From an uncultured Acidobacteriota bacterium (GTDB lineage Bacteria; Acidobacteriota; Vicinamibacteria; Vicinamibacterales; UBA2999), in assembly GCA_963734635.1 (NCBI GenBank), contig CAVTIA010000013.1, positions 108,488 to 172,487 on the forward strand: a DNA stretch of 64,000 nt, read 5' to 3'. Below, one piece after another: positions 51,866 to 61,727 of the stretch. A program made the position numbers and the translations under genes. Position 1 is the first letter of the stretch. Every line of letters starts with the position of its first letter. The notes below the pieces were generated by a model. It ran no database searches. It saw nothing but the letters and a program-made list of their open reading frames with translations, and had not been told where the DNA came from.

Positions 51866-53101
51866 GTTGTACCGTTGGCGTTCTTCGCGACGTTCGTGTT
51901 CTTCGTGGTTTCAGTGACGGCGCAGGCGCCGGTGTCCAGCGACTGGCCACAGTGGCGTGGTCCTGGACGCTCCGGGCTGTCGCCGGAAACGGGTTTACTG
52001 CGCGAGTGGCCGGCATCAGGGCCGCCGCGTGTGTGGTCCACCACCAACCTGGGTGCGGGATTCGGGTCGATCGCCGTGCGCGGTGATCGGGTTTACGTGC
52101 AGGGCATGCGGAACTCGCAGAGTGTCGTGTCGGCGCTCAGTCGAATGGACGGCAAGCTCCTGTGGGTACGCATCATCGGCAGGGCGGTCGAGAACTATCA
52201 GGGTCCTGGCCCGCGAGGCACGCCAACGGTGGACGACGATCGCCTGTACGTGCTCACCGAAAACGGCGATCTCGCGTGTCTCCGCGTCCAGGACGGAACC
52301 GTCGTGTGGCAGCGCAACATCCTGCAGGATTTCGGCGGCCGCAATATCGGGTGGCTGATCAGCGAGTCGCCGCTCGTGGACGGCAACCAGGTCGTCGTCA
52401 CGCCGGGCGGGCGTGGTGCCGGTATGGCCGCGCTCGACAAGATGACCGGCAAGACGATCTGGACCAGCAAGGAATTGAGTGACCAGGCAGGCTACGCGTC
52501 GCCTATCGTCGCGGACGTCCAGGGAGTTCGCACGATCATGACGCTCACGTCTGAGGCTGGCGTCGGCGTGCGCGCTTCGGACGGAAAGCTGATGTGGCGC
52601 CATCAGGCAGTCGCGAATGACACCGCGAACATCGCGACACCTGTGTTCGGCGACAACAAGGTGTTCTACTCGTCGAACTACGGCACCGGAGGTGCGCTGC
52701 TCGCGCTTCGCGCGGACGCCGGAGAGGTGCGCGCGCAAGAGGTCTACTTCACGCGCGACATGCAGAATCACCACGGCGGCCTCGTGCTCGTGAACGGTTA
52801 TCTGTATGGCTTCAACAATTCGATCCTGACGTGCCTGGAATTCGCGACGGGAAAGGTGATGTGGCGCCACCGGAGCGTCGGCAAGGGGTCGCTCGCCTAC
52901 GCCGACGGGCGGCTTTACCTGCTCAGCGAGAACAACGTCGTGGGTCTCGCCGAGGCGACACCGGCCGCCTACCGCGAATTGGGACGCTTTACGATTGCCG
53001 ATCAGGGCTGGCCGTCATGGGCGCATCCGGTCGTGAGCGGCGGGCGTCTCTACCTGCGGAATCAGGGTATTCTTACCGCCTACAACGTTCGGGCGAACTA
53101 G
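51833..53101 (+). CDS. Secreted PQQ-like beta-propeller
   Basis: DWPQWRGP, GPRGTP, GYASP, WAHPVVSGGRLYLRNQ; start uncertain. Confidence 0.88.
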   Translation: MSLCVSVPPRLVVPLAFFATFVFFVVSVTAQAPVSSDWPQWRGPGRSGLSPETGLLREWPASGPPRVWSTTNLGAGFGSIAVRGDRVYVQGMRNSQSVVSALSRMDGKLLWVRIIGRAVENYQGPGPRGTPTVDDDRLYVLTENGDLACLRVQDGTVVWQRNILQDFGGRNIGWLISESPLVDGNQVVVTPGGRGAGMAALDKMTGKTIWTSKELSDQAGYASPIVADVQGVRTIMTLTSEAGVGVRASDGKLMWRHQAVANDTANIATPVFGDNKVFYSSNYGTGGALLALRADAGEVRAQEVYFTRDMQNHHGGLVLVNGYLYGFNNSILTCLEFATGKVMWRHRSVGKGSLAYADGRLYLLSENNVVGLAEATPAAYRELGRFTIADQGWPSWAHPVVSGGRLYLRNQGILTAYNVRAN

Positions 53102-53153
53102 CTGGTAGGTGGTAGTCGGTAGCTGGTAGACAACCGCTAACCACTAACCATCA
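53099..53153. repeat. GGTAG heptamer tandem with inverted partner
   Basis: TAGCTGG TAGGTGG TAGTCGG TAGCTGG TAG ... CTAACCA CTAACCA. Confidence 0.7.
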
Positions 53154-53169
53154 TCGTCAAGGAGAAATC

Positions 53170-54411
53170 ATGCGCGTTGCAGTGGTTGTGGTTGTATTGG
53201 CAGCGGCTCTCACCGCGGGTAGTGAGGCGCGGCAGGCCGCGACCGATGTGACGCAGTGGCGCGGCGTCAATCGCGACGGGGTTGTGACCGGCTTCACGGC
53301 GCCGGCGACCTGGCCCGAGAACCTCACCCAGCGCTGGAAGATCGACATCGGAACCGGCTATGCGACGCCGCTCGTGGCGGGCAACCGTGTGTATGTGTTC
53401 TCGCGACAGGGCGAAGACGAGGTGATGAGCGCCATCGACGCTGCCAGTGGAAAAGTGCTGTGGCGCACTGCGTATCCCGCGTCGTTCGAAATGAGCAGCG
53501 CCGCGAAGGCGCACGGGCCGGGGCCGAAGTCGACGCCCGTGCTCGCCAACGGGCGCCTCTATGCGATCGGGATGGCCGGCGCCGTCACGGCGTACGACGC
53601 AGCCAGCGGCAAGCAGGTCTGGCAGAAGCCGGGCTCGATGCCGCTCCCGATGTACACGTCGCACTCCTTTTCGCCGATCGTCGACCGCGGTCTGGTGATC
53701 TTCCATGTCGGCGGCCACGATAAAGGGGCGCTCACGGCGTTCGACGTGAACACCGGCGCGGAGAAATGGAGCTGGAACGGCGACGGTCCGGGTTACGGCT
53801 CGCCGATCATTGCGGACTTCGGCGGCGTGCGGCAGCTAGTCACCATCACGCAGTCGAAGCTCGTCGGGGTCGACGTCGCCACGGGCGCGCTGCTGTGGGA
53901 GAGGCCGTTCGCCAGCTCGAATTTCACCAATTCGATCACGCCGCTGCGCTTTGGCCAGTCGGTCGTCGTCTGGAACAACAACGGGCCGATGCGGGCGGTG
54001 ACCATCGCCCGGCGCGACAACAAGTGGGTCGCAGAGGAAACGTGGATGAGCGACGACCCACCCAACCGGTTGAGCAATACGGTGCTCGACGGCGACGTGA
54101 TGTTCGGCATGACCCAGCGAAATATGGGTCAGTACTACGCGGTGGACATGAAGACCGGGAAGACGCTGTGGGCGTCGGAGGGCCGGCAGGCGGCCAATGT
54201 CGCGGTGGAGCGCGCCGGCGACATCATCTTCAGCATGGAGAACGACGGGGAGCTCGTGATCTTCCGCGCGAGCCGCACCGGGTTCGAGCTGATCAAGCGC
54301 TACCGGGTGGCTCCCGAGGAGATGTTCTCCACCTGGGCGCCGCCAGCGATTTCGGGCAACCGGATCTTCGTCAAGGACGCGTCGACGCTCGCGCTCTGGA
54401 CGCTGAACTGA
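53170..54411 (+). CDS. Secreted PQQ-like beta-propeller
   Basis: AAGGAG RBS, QWRGVNRDG, GPKSTP, TWAPPAISGNRIFVKD. Confidence 0.9.
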   Translation: MRVAVVVVVLAAALTAGSEARQAATDVTQWRGVNRDGVVTGFTAPATWPENLTQRWKIDIGTGYATPLVAGNRVYVFSRQGEDEVMSAIDAASGKVLWRTAYPASFEMSSAAKAHGPGPKSTPVLANGRLYAIGMAGAVTAYDAASGKQVWQKPGSMPLPMYTSHSFSPIVDRGLVIFHVGGHDKGALTAFDVNTGAEKWSWNGDGPGYGSPIIADFGGVRQLVTITQSKLVGVDVATGALLWERPFASSNFTNSITPLRFGQSVVVWNNNGPMRAVTIARRDNKWVAEETWMSDDPPNRLSNTVLDGDVMFGMTQRNMGQYYAVDMKTGKTLWASEGRQAANVAVERAGDIIFSMENDGELVIFRASRTGFELIKRYRVAPEEMFSTWAPPAISGNRIFVKDASTLALWTLN

Positions 54412-54413
54412 GA

Positions 54414-54474
54414 GAAGCCTGTCGTTCACGCTTCTCAGTTCTAGGTTCTCGGTTCGTGTTCAGGTTCGGTTCGA
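54414..54474 (-). repeat. GAAC element, left arm
   Basis: Reverse complement TCGAACCGAACCTGAACACGAACCGAGAACCTAGAACTGAGAAGCGTGAACGAC. Confidence 0.88.
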
Positions 54475-54512
54475 CGTTCACCTTCGGTGCTCGGCTGCCA
54501 AGGAGCCTGACG

Positions 54513-56155
54513 ATGAGACGGCGTCCAACTCGGATCGCGGCCGCAATGGTAACGATCCTGGTCCTTTTCGCGGGGCACGCACGGGCACAGAATGCAGTCC
54601 GGCCATTCAAGGATTGGCGGCCCACGAGCCTTGCGGACGCGCGTAGCGCAGAGCCGCGGATTGCCTGCGACGCGGTCGTCAGCCTGACCACGTACGAGTT
54701 CTCGATTCTCTCCGCGACGACAGTGACCGCGTCGGGCGCGGTGCCCACCTTTTGCCGAATCCTCGGTCAGATCCTGCCGGAGGTGCGATTCGAGTTGAGC
54801 CTGCCGGCGCAGTGGAACGGGCGACTATACATGTTTGGCAATGGAGGCTCCGCGGGCGAGGCGCTCGATGCGCCGGCGCGCGTCACGAACCGCGACGGGG
54901 CTCTCCAGCGCGGGTTTGCGGTCGTTCAGACGAATACCGGTCACGACGCTTCCGTCGAGCCGGGAGCCTCGTTTGCAGCGGACTCGCAGAAGTTCTCGAC
55001 TTTGCGTATCGAGCGATTCATGTGGCTGCCGTGACAGCCAAACGAATCACGCAGTCGTACTACGACCTTCCTGTGCGCCGATCCGTATTTCAACGGATGT
55101 TCAACAGGGCGGACGACAGGGGCTCATGTCGGCGCAGACGGTTCCCGGACGACTTCGACGGGATCGTCGTCGGTGCGCCCGTGTTGGACATGGCCGGCAC
55201 CTTGATGAGCGAGATCTGGAACCAGAAGATGCTCGCCGCCGCACCGATCACGGCCGAACAGGTGAAGGTCGTCGCCGACGCCGTTTACGGAAAATGTGAC
55301 GCATCGGACGGACTGTCCGATGGCGAGATTGCGGATCCGCGTCGCTGCGCGTTCAAGCCTTCGTCGGATCTTCCGCGATGCGCGGAAGGTCAGCCTCGAA
55401 ACGCCTGCTTCACCACGGAGCAGGTGCAGACGCTCAATGCGATTTACGGCGGCGTGAAGAGCGGCGATCGCTCGATTGGGGCTGGGTGGCCTATTGGCTC
55501 TGAGGTTGCTGCACCGTCTGCGGCTGGCGTCAGAACGGGCTGGGTTCCGTGGCTCCTGCCGCCACAACCGGACGCTCGTCGCTCTGCAACCTTGTTCTTC
55601 GGCGAGGGAACCCTTCAGTACATGGCGTTTGGAAAACCTGATCCCACCTACGATTGGACGACGTTCGACTTTGACAAAGATCCGCAGCGCATGCAGCACT
55701 ACCGCTCGATCGCGGATGCCACCAATCCGGACCTCACGCGCTTCCGCGGCCGCGGAGGCAAGATCCTGATGTACTTCGGCTGGGCCGATCCGGCACTCAA
55801 CCCCCTGATGGGTGTGCAGTACTACGAGCAGGTCACGCAACGGATGGGTCCTTCGACGCCAGACTTCTTCAAGCTCTATATGGTGCCCGGTATGTTCCAC
55901 TGCGGCGGGGGGATCGGCACGAGCGTCTTCGACGCCGTCACGCCGCTCGTCGAATGGGTTGAGAAAAGCGCCGCACCGACCTCGATCCCCGCCGCGCGTG
56001 AACTCGATGGGAGGATCGTCCGCACACGGCCGTTGTGTCCGTACCCTCAGGTGGCCCGCTACCGAGGCTCCGGCAGCATCGATGACGGGGCGAACTTCGT
56101 GTGTGCCGTCCCCGCGGCCGTGCCGGTGCCAACGACGTCGTCGACGTCGAACTAA
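54513..56155 (+). CDS. Tannase/feruloyl esterase family hydrolase (frameshifts near 54995 and 55090-55135)
   Basis: TNTGHD, GCSTGG (shifted frame), FGWAD, GMFHC, RTRPLCPYP. Confidence 0.9.
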
Positions 56156-56183
56156 CGGAACGCCGAACCCGGAACCGCGGACT

Positions 56184-56243
56184 TCGAACCGAACCTGAAC
56201 ACGAACCGAGAAGTCAGAAGCCGGAAGTGTGAACGACGGCTTC
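56184..56243 (+). repeat. GAAC element, right arm
   Basis: TCGAACCGAACCTGAACACGAACCGAGAAGTCAGAAGCCGGAAGTGTGAACGACGGCTTC. Confidence 0.88.
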
Positions 56244-56247
56244 CGTA

Positions 56248-56733
56248 CTACCGCCGCTTCTGAATGACGGTGTCGAGGGCGTACTGCGCGCAGTTGTCCC
56301 CCTCCTCGCCGCCACCACCGACGCCGATCGCGCCGGCGACCGCGCCGTCGATCTCGATGGGCACGCCACCGGCGCGCGGGAAGTCGCCGATCCACTCGGG
56401 TGCCTTGTTGCTCTGGGTCTTGACCCATTCCTCGAGCTCCCTCGTCGGACGCCGCCAGTGGGCGGCGGTCTTCGCCTTGAGGATCGCGGTCTCGGAGTTG
56501 GTCGCGGTCGCGCCCTGCATCAGGTGGAAGTCGATCAGGACGCCATCGATGCCCACGACCGCCGCGCCGACGAGGAGCTTGTTCCGTTTGGCGTAGTCGA
56601 CGCAGGCTTCGACCAGCTTCCGCGCCGCGTCGCTGCTCACCTCGACGCGATTGACCGAAATGGACTGCGCGCCGGCGTCGGGCGAGACCGCGCTGACCGC
56701 AAGCGTCAGGACAACGACGAACATCGTGCGCAT
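56248..56733 (-). CDS. Secreted GlcG/HbpS family heme-binding protein
   Basis: A..KAKTA, GGVPI...G.VAGAIGVGG. Confidence 0.85.
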   Translation of the reverse strand: MRTMFVVVLTLAVSAVSPDAGAQSISVNRVEVSSDAARKLVEACVDYAKRNKLLVGAAVVGIDGVLIDFHLMQGATATNSETAILKAKTAAHWRRPTRELEEWVKTQSNKAPEWIGDFPRAGGVPIEIDGAVAGAIGVGGGGEEGDNCAQYALDTVIQKRR

Positions 56734-56799
56734 GCACCCTCCTCACTCCGTCTATTGAGCGTGTCTACCTCGTAACCGAGTTTCTCGAATCGGTCGTGC

Positions 56800-57960
56800 T
56801 CACGCGAGGATCTGTTTCGCGATCGTCTGCAACTGCAGATTGGACGTGCCCTCATAAATCTGCCCAATCTTCGCGTCGCGGTACAGCTTCTCCACCGGGT
56901 AGTCCTTGACGAATCCGTAACCGCCATACAGGTTCACCGCCAGGGAGGTGACGCGCTCGGCGACTTCGGATGAGAACAGCTTGCACATGGCGGCCTCCTT
57001 CACGAACGGCGTGCCGGAGTCGCGCAGGCGCGCCGCGTTGTAGACCATGAGCCGGGCCGCTTCGAGCTCGGTGGCCGCCCGTGCCAATTCAAACTGCACC
57101 CCCTGAAATTCCGCGATCGCCTTGCCGAACTGCTTGCGATCCTTCGTGTAATGGACCGCGTGATCGAGCGCGCCCTGCGCGAGGCCGATCATCTGCGCGC
57201 CGATGCCGATTCGTCCTTCGTTGAGCGTCTCGATCGCCACCCTGTATCCCTTGCCGATCTCACCGAGCACATTGCGGCGGGGCACGCGGCAATCCTCGAG
57301 GAGGATCTCGCACGTGCTGCTGGCGCGGATACCGAGCTTGTCTTCCTTCTTCCCGACGACCAGCCCCGGAAACCCGCGTTCGACGACAAACGACGTGATG
57401 CCACGGTAGCCTGCTGCGGGATTGACCGTCGCAAAGATGATGAAGACCTCCGCTTCAGCGGCGTTCGTAATCCACAATTTCCGTCCGCTGAGCACGAAAT
57501 CGTTGCCTCGCTCGGACGCGCACGTTGCCAGCGCAAACGCGTCGCTTCCCGACCCTGCTTCGGAGAGCGCATAGGCGCCGACCGCGCCGCCCACGAGCCG
57601 CGGAAGGTATTCTTCCTTCAGGTCGGACGACGCCCAGCGAATCAGCGCGTTGATTACCAGTGTGTTCTGGACGTCGACGAGGACGGCAACCGACGGGTCG
57701 ACGCGCGACAGCGCTTCGACCGCCAGCACCGCGTGGAAGAAACCGGCGCCCGGGCCTCCTTGCGCTTCGGGGACCTCGATCGCCATTACGCCAAGGTCGA
57801 ACAGCTTGTCGATGAGCTGGCGCGGAATCTTTGCCTGCTCATCCATCTCCCGGACGCTCGGGCGGATCTCGCGGTCCGCAAAGTCGTACACGCTGTCCCG
57901 GAACAGCGCCTCGTCTTCCCGCAGGATGGTCAGTCCCGGGAGAGTCTCAGCCTGTCGCAC
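56800..57960 (-). CDS. Short/branched-chain acyl-CoA dehydrogenase
   Basis: YALSEAGSGSD, GRKLWITN, KLGIRASST, LNEGRIGI, GGYG, IYEGTSN. Confidence 0.93.
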   Translation of the reverse strand: MRQAETLPGLTILREDEALFRDSVYDFADREIRPSVREMDEQAKIPRQLIDKLFDLGVMAIEVPEAQGGPGAGFFHAVLAVEALSRVDPSVAVLVDVQNTLVINALIRWASSDLKEEYLPRLVGGAVGAYALSEAGSGSDAFALATCASERGNDFVLSGRKLWITNAAEAEVFIIFATVNPAAGYRGITSFVVERGFPGLVVGKKEDKLGIRASSTCEILLEDCRVPRRNVLGEIGKGYRVAIETLNEGRIGIGAQMIGLAQGALDHAVHYTKDRKQFGKAIAEFQGVQFELARAATELEAARLMVYNAARLRDSGTPFVKEAAMCKLFSSEVAERVTSLAVNLYGGYGFVKDYPVEKLYRDAKIGQIYEGTSNLQLQTIAKQILA

Positions 57961-58077
57961 GTTCGCCTGTCATGAATCCGTCAAAATTCATAGCGGGCAC
58001 GGGAGATGCAGCGAGCAAATCCCCGTGTCGTTGAGTTTCAGGTGGTATTATCCCGGAAAAGGCGGAGCATCAGAGGT

Positions 58078-60207
58078 ATGAGCCGAGCATCATTCGCCGT
58101 ATTCCTCGCTGTCTCGCTCGCCGTGATACAGGCCGTCACGGTCCGGCCGGCTGCGCAGGCTGGTCCGACACCGCAGGCCGGCGCGACGCAGGATGCCGGT
58201 CAGCAGCCCGCTGCGGCTCAACCGGCCGCCCAGGGAGACGCTCCGCAGCAACCAACCTTTCGCGCGGGCGTGAACTTCGTCCGTGTGGACGTGATCGTCC
58301 ACGACGGCAAGGGACAGCCGGTCACGGATCTCACGCAGGCGGACTTCGAGGTGCTCGAGGACGGGCGGCCGCAGACCATCGAGCAATTCCGGCTCGTTCG
58401 CGTCGACGGGAATCCGCGTCCTGGTGATCCGCCGCCGCGCGAGCTTCGCAACCGGATTGACGAAGAGATCGAGATCTCACGCGACGACGTGCGCCTGTTC
58501 GTGTTCTTTTTCGACGACTATCACGTCCGGCTGGGCAACTCGCTCGCGGTGAAAGAACCGCTCATCCGGTTCATTCAAACCCAGCTCCGGCCCAACGACG
58601 TCGTCGGCATCATGTACCCGTTGACGCCGCTCGACGGCATCTCGTTTACCAGAAACACGGCGTCGGTGGTGAGCGCCATCGAGCGGTTCGAGGGGCGTAA
58701 GTTCGACTACCGGCCGCGCAACGCGTTCGAAGAGCAGTACGCGCGTGCGCCGTCCGAGGTGGTGGAGCAGATTCGGAATCAGGTTGTCATGACCGCGCTC
58801 CGAGGTCTGGCCACGCGGCTCGGCGGGCTGCGTGAAGGACGCAAGGCGATCATTTACGTCAGCGAAGGGCTGACGGTGATGCTGCCGCCGCAGATGCGCA
58901 ATAGCGATGCATCGCTCGGTGGCCTGGATCCTCGGAACCCTGCGAGGGGAAATCCGATGGCGGGCGAAAACAACCCGCGCGAAGAGACGGCGGCGTGGTT
59001 TGCGCAGTCGGATCTGTATTCGCAGCTCCGGGACGTGTTCACGGCGGCAAACCGGAACAATGCGGCCATCTACACTCTCGATCCGCGCGGGCTCGCGGTG
59101 TTCGAGTACGGCATAGACGAGGCAGTCGGCCCCAACCAGGATCGCCGTTCGCTGCAGGTGACGCAGGACACGCTGCGCGTGATCGCCGACGAGACGGATG
59201 CGCGGGCGATCGTGAATCAGAACGACCTGGCCCCCGGTCTGGCGCAGATTGTCCGCGACTCGAGCTACTACTACCTGGTTGGCTACAACTCCACGCAGGC
59301 GCCGGCCGACGGCAAGTTTCACCAAATCACCGTCAGGCTCAAACGGCGCGGCGTCGACGTCCGGGCACGCAAAGGATATTGGGCGCTCACGGCCGAAGAG
59401 ATTACGCGCGCGGCGCGAGTGACGCCGGACGCGCCGAAACCAGTCCAGCAGGCGCTCGCCTCAATCGCCACGTCGGTGCAGGCCGGGAAATATGTGCGGA
59501 CATGGGTCGGCACGGCGCGGGGCGAAGCGGGCAAGACGCGCGTCACGTTGATCTGGGAGCCGCTGGCCCAGCCCGCTGGTGCGCGGCGCGATCAGCCGCA
59601 GCCGGGCCGCGTGTCGTTGATTGCGGCCGGCCCGACAGGGGATCTCGTATTCCGCGGGCGGTCCCCGGACGCCGCGCTTGCGTCGACAGCGCCACCGGCC
59701 ACGCCTTCCGCGGCGCCAGCGTCAGGCCCTCAGCGACTCACGTTCGATGCGCCACCTGGTGAGCTGGAATTGCGTATGTCAGTCGAGGCCGCGGCAGGTG
59801 GCGGCACGCTCGATAGCGAAATTCGCACCATCGTCGTTCCCGACCTGACATCGCCGGATGCCGCGCTGAGCACTCCGCGCGTGCATCGCGCACGCAACGC
59901 CCTCGACTTCCGGACAATTGCGGCCGACGCCAGCGCGGTTCCGGGCGTGGGACGCGATTTCTCGCGCACCGAACGGTTGCTGATTCGCTTCGACGTCTAC
60001 GGCAACGCCACGCCGACGGCCATTCTGCTCAATCGCCAGGGGCAGAAGATGGCCGACGTACCAGTGACCGCAACCACCGTCGGCGGGACCCATCAGATCG
60101 ATCTGAGCCTCGCTTCGATTGCCACTGGGGAGTACCTGGTGGAGATCACCGTCAAAGGCGCGACGGGCGAAGCGAAAGACTTGGTCCCGCTGCGCATCGG
60201 ATCGTAG
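58078..60207 (+). CDS. Acidobacterial VWA-domain protein
   Basis: QPTFRAGVNFVRVDV, GRKAIIYVSEG, YYLVGY, VRARKGY. Confidence 0.9.
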   Translation: MSRASFAVFLAVSLAVIQAVTVRPAAQAGPTPQAGATQDAGQQPAAAQPAAQGDAPQQPTFRAGVNFVRVDVIVHDGKGQPVTDLTQADFEVLEDGRPQTIEQFRLVRVDGNPRPGDPPPRELRNRIDEEIEISRDDVRLFVFFFDDYHVRLGNSLAVKEPLIRFIQTQLRPNDVVGIMYPLTPLDGISFTRNTASVVSAIERFEGRKFDYRPRNAFEEQYARAPSEVVEQIRNQVVMTALRGLATRLGGLREGRKAIIYVSEGLTVMLPPQMRNSDASLGGLDPRNPARGNPMAGENNPREETAAWFAQSDLYSQLRDVFTAANRNNAAIYTLDPRGLAVFEYGIDEAVGPNQDRRSLQVTQDTLRVIADETDARAIVNQNDLAPGLAQIVRDSSYYYLVGYNSTQAPADGKFHQITVRLKRRGVDVRARKGYWALTAEEITRAARVTPDAPKPVQQALASIATSVQAGKYVRTWVGTARGEAGKTRVTLIWEPLAQPAGARRDQPQPGRVSLIAAGPTGDLVFRGRSPDAALASTAPPATPSAAPASGPQRLTFDAPPGELELRMSVEAAAGGGTLDSEIRTIVVPDLTSPDAALSTPRVHRARNALDFRTIAADASAVPGVGRDFSRTERLLIRFDVYGNATPTAILLNRQGQKMADVPVTATTVGGTHQIDLSLASIATGEYLVEITVKGATGEAKDLVPLRIGS

Positions 60208-60265
60208 CGCGCAGGCTTTCAGCCTGCGCGATCCTGACTCGCGCACGCTGAAGCGTGCGCTCTAC
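60204..60265. repeat. Inverted REP doublet (REPIN/BIME-like)
   Basis: GTAGCGCGCAGGCTTTCAGCCTGCGCG ... GCGCACGCTGAAGCGTGCGCTCTAC; the first GTAG is the VWA stop. Confidence 0.85.
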
Positions 60266-60280
60266 GTGTGGCGGTTGGAT

Positions 60281-61531
60281 TTACGCGTACATGCCGCGAA
60301 CGCGCGTGACGGTCCCGACGCGGTCAATCGCCACGATATACGCGCCAGTTCGCATGTCCACGTTGTACTTCTTCGACGTCCGCAGCACGTCGTGGAAGGC
60401 CTCGTGCATCTTCTTTTCGAGGCGGGCGTTCACTTCACTCTCTTCCCAGAAGTAGCCGTAGCGGTCCTGCACCCACTCGAAGTACGACACGGTAACGCCA
60501 CCCGAGTTCGCGAGAATGTCGGGCACGACGAAAATACCGCGCTGGTGAAGCACATTGTTGGCGTCAGGTGTCACTGGACCGTTTGCCGCCTCAACGACGA
60601 TGCTGGCGCGGATGGTCGAAGCGTTGTCGACGGTGATCTGGTTCTCGAGCGCCGCTGGAATCAGAATGTCGACGTCGAGCGCGAACAGCTCCTCGTTCGT
60701 GAGTGGTTCCGCGCCGGGGAGGCCCTCCACTGTCTTGTGCTGGACGGCATACTCGAGCAGCTTCGGAACGTCGAGACCCTTTGCGTTGTACACGCCACCA
60801 CGCACGTCCGTAACAGCCACAATCTTCGCGCCGAGGCGCGAGAGCAGGTCGGCCGACACGGATCCGACGTTGCCGAATCCCTGAATGGCAATTCTGGCCT
60901 GGGTGATGTCGAGGCCGCGGTGCTTTGCCGCCTCTCTGGTCACGATCATCACGCCACGCCCGGTTGCCTCGCGTCGCCCCACTGAGCCGCCCAGCTCGAT
61001 CGGCTTTCCCGTAACGACCGCGGTCTCCGTGTGGCCGACGTGCATGCTGTAGGTGTCCATGACCCACGCCATCACCTGATCGTTGGTGTTGACGTCCGGC
61101 GCGGGCACGTCCTTCTCGGGGCCGATCGCATCGATGATTTCTGCGACGTAGCGACGGGTGAGCGCTTCGAGCTCGCGGCGCGACATTCGAGTCGGGTCGC
61201 AGACCACGCCACCCTTGCCGCCGCCGAAGGGAATATGTGCGACGGCGCACTTCCAGGTCATCCACGCCGCGAGCGCGGTCACTTCATCGAGCGACACGTC
61301 CGGGTGATAGCGAATGCCACCCTTGGCAGGTCCCAGCGTGATGTTGTACTGGACGCGATAGCCAGTGAACACCTCGATCTCGCCGTTGTCCATCTGTACA
61401 GGGCACGAGACGATGATCTGGCGTTTGGGATGAGTGAGGATCTTCCAGATGCCGGGATCGAGCTTGAGGAGGCGGGCTGCCTCGTCGAACTCCTGGAGCA
61501 TCGCTTTGAAGATGCTGCCGTGTTCCGCCAT
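60281..61531 (-). CDS. gdhA: Glutamate dehydrogenase
   Basis: GPAKGGIRYHP, MTWKCA, GGGKGG, PAPD, QGFGNVG, VSYFEW. Confidence 0.92.
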   Translation of the reverse strand: MAEHGSIFKAMLQEFDEAARLLKLDPGIWKILTHPKRQIIVSCPVQMDNGEIEVFTGYRVQYNITLGPAKGGIRYHPDVSLDEVTALAAWMTWKCAVAHIPFGGGKGGVVCDPTRMSRRELEALTRRYVAEIIDAIGPEKDVPAPDVNTNDQVMAWVMDTYSMHVGHTETAVVTGKPIELGGSVGRREATGRGVMIVTREAAKHRGLDITQARIAIQGFGNVGSVSADLLSRLGAKIVAVTDVRGGVYNAKGLDVPKLLEYAVQHKTVEGLPGAEPLTNEELFALDVDILIPAALENQITVDNASTIRASIVVEAANGPVTPDANNVLHQRGIFVVPDILANSGGVTVSYFEWVQDRYGYFWEESEVNARLEKKMHEAFHDVLRTSKKYNVDMRTGAYIVAIDRVGTVTRVRGMYA

Positions 61532-61560
61532 GCGTGTACTATTCTAAACAGCATCTCGTA

Positions 61561-61633
61561 AGGCAAAGGTCAAAAGTCAAAAGGCAAACACTGCCAGGAC
61601 GTGATTCGACCTTTGACCTTTGGCTGTTGACTT
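61561..61633. repeat. CAAAAG heptamer inverted repeat
   Basis: GGCAAAG GTCAAAA GTCAAAA GGCAAA ... CTTTGAC CTTTTGG CTGTTGAC. Confidence 0.7.
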
Positions 61634-61727
61634 ACGCGTTTCTGTTTAGGCGGGTCCGCTCGGCACTCGGTCGGACCTCCGTCTCGGCACCCGCCCCACG
61701 TACGTTTGAATTTAGAATGGAAACAGG

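Noticed and set aside
44544..54411. Propellers as methanol/alcohol dehydrogenases or true BamB
   Set aside because: They lack MxaF/XoxF length and motifs, have no clear lipobox, and are not in a der/yfgM context
55124..56746. 540-aa minus-strand ORF
   Set aside because: Arg-rich shadow across two real genes and a repeat
60281..61531. Valine/leucine dehydrogenase completing a valine catabolic cluster
   Set aside because: Length and the KGG, TWK and VSYFEW motifs fit glutamate dehydrogenase
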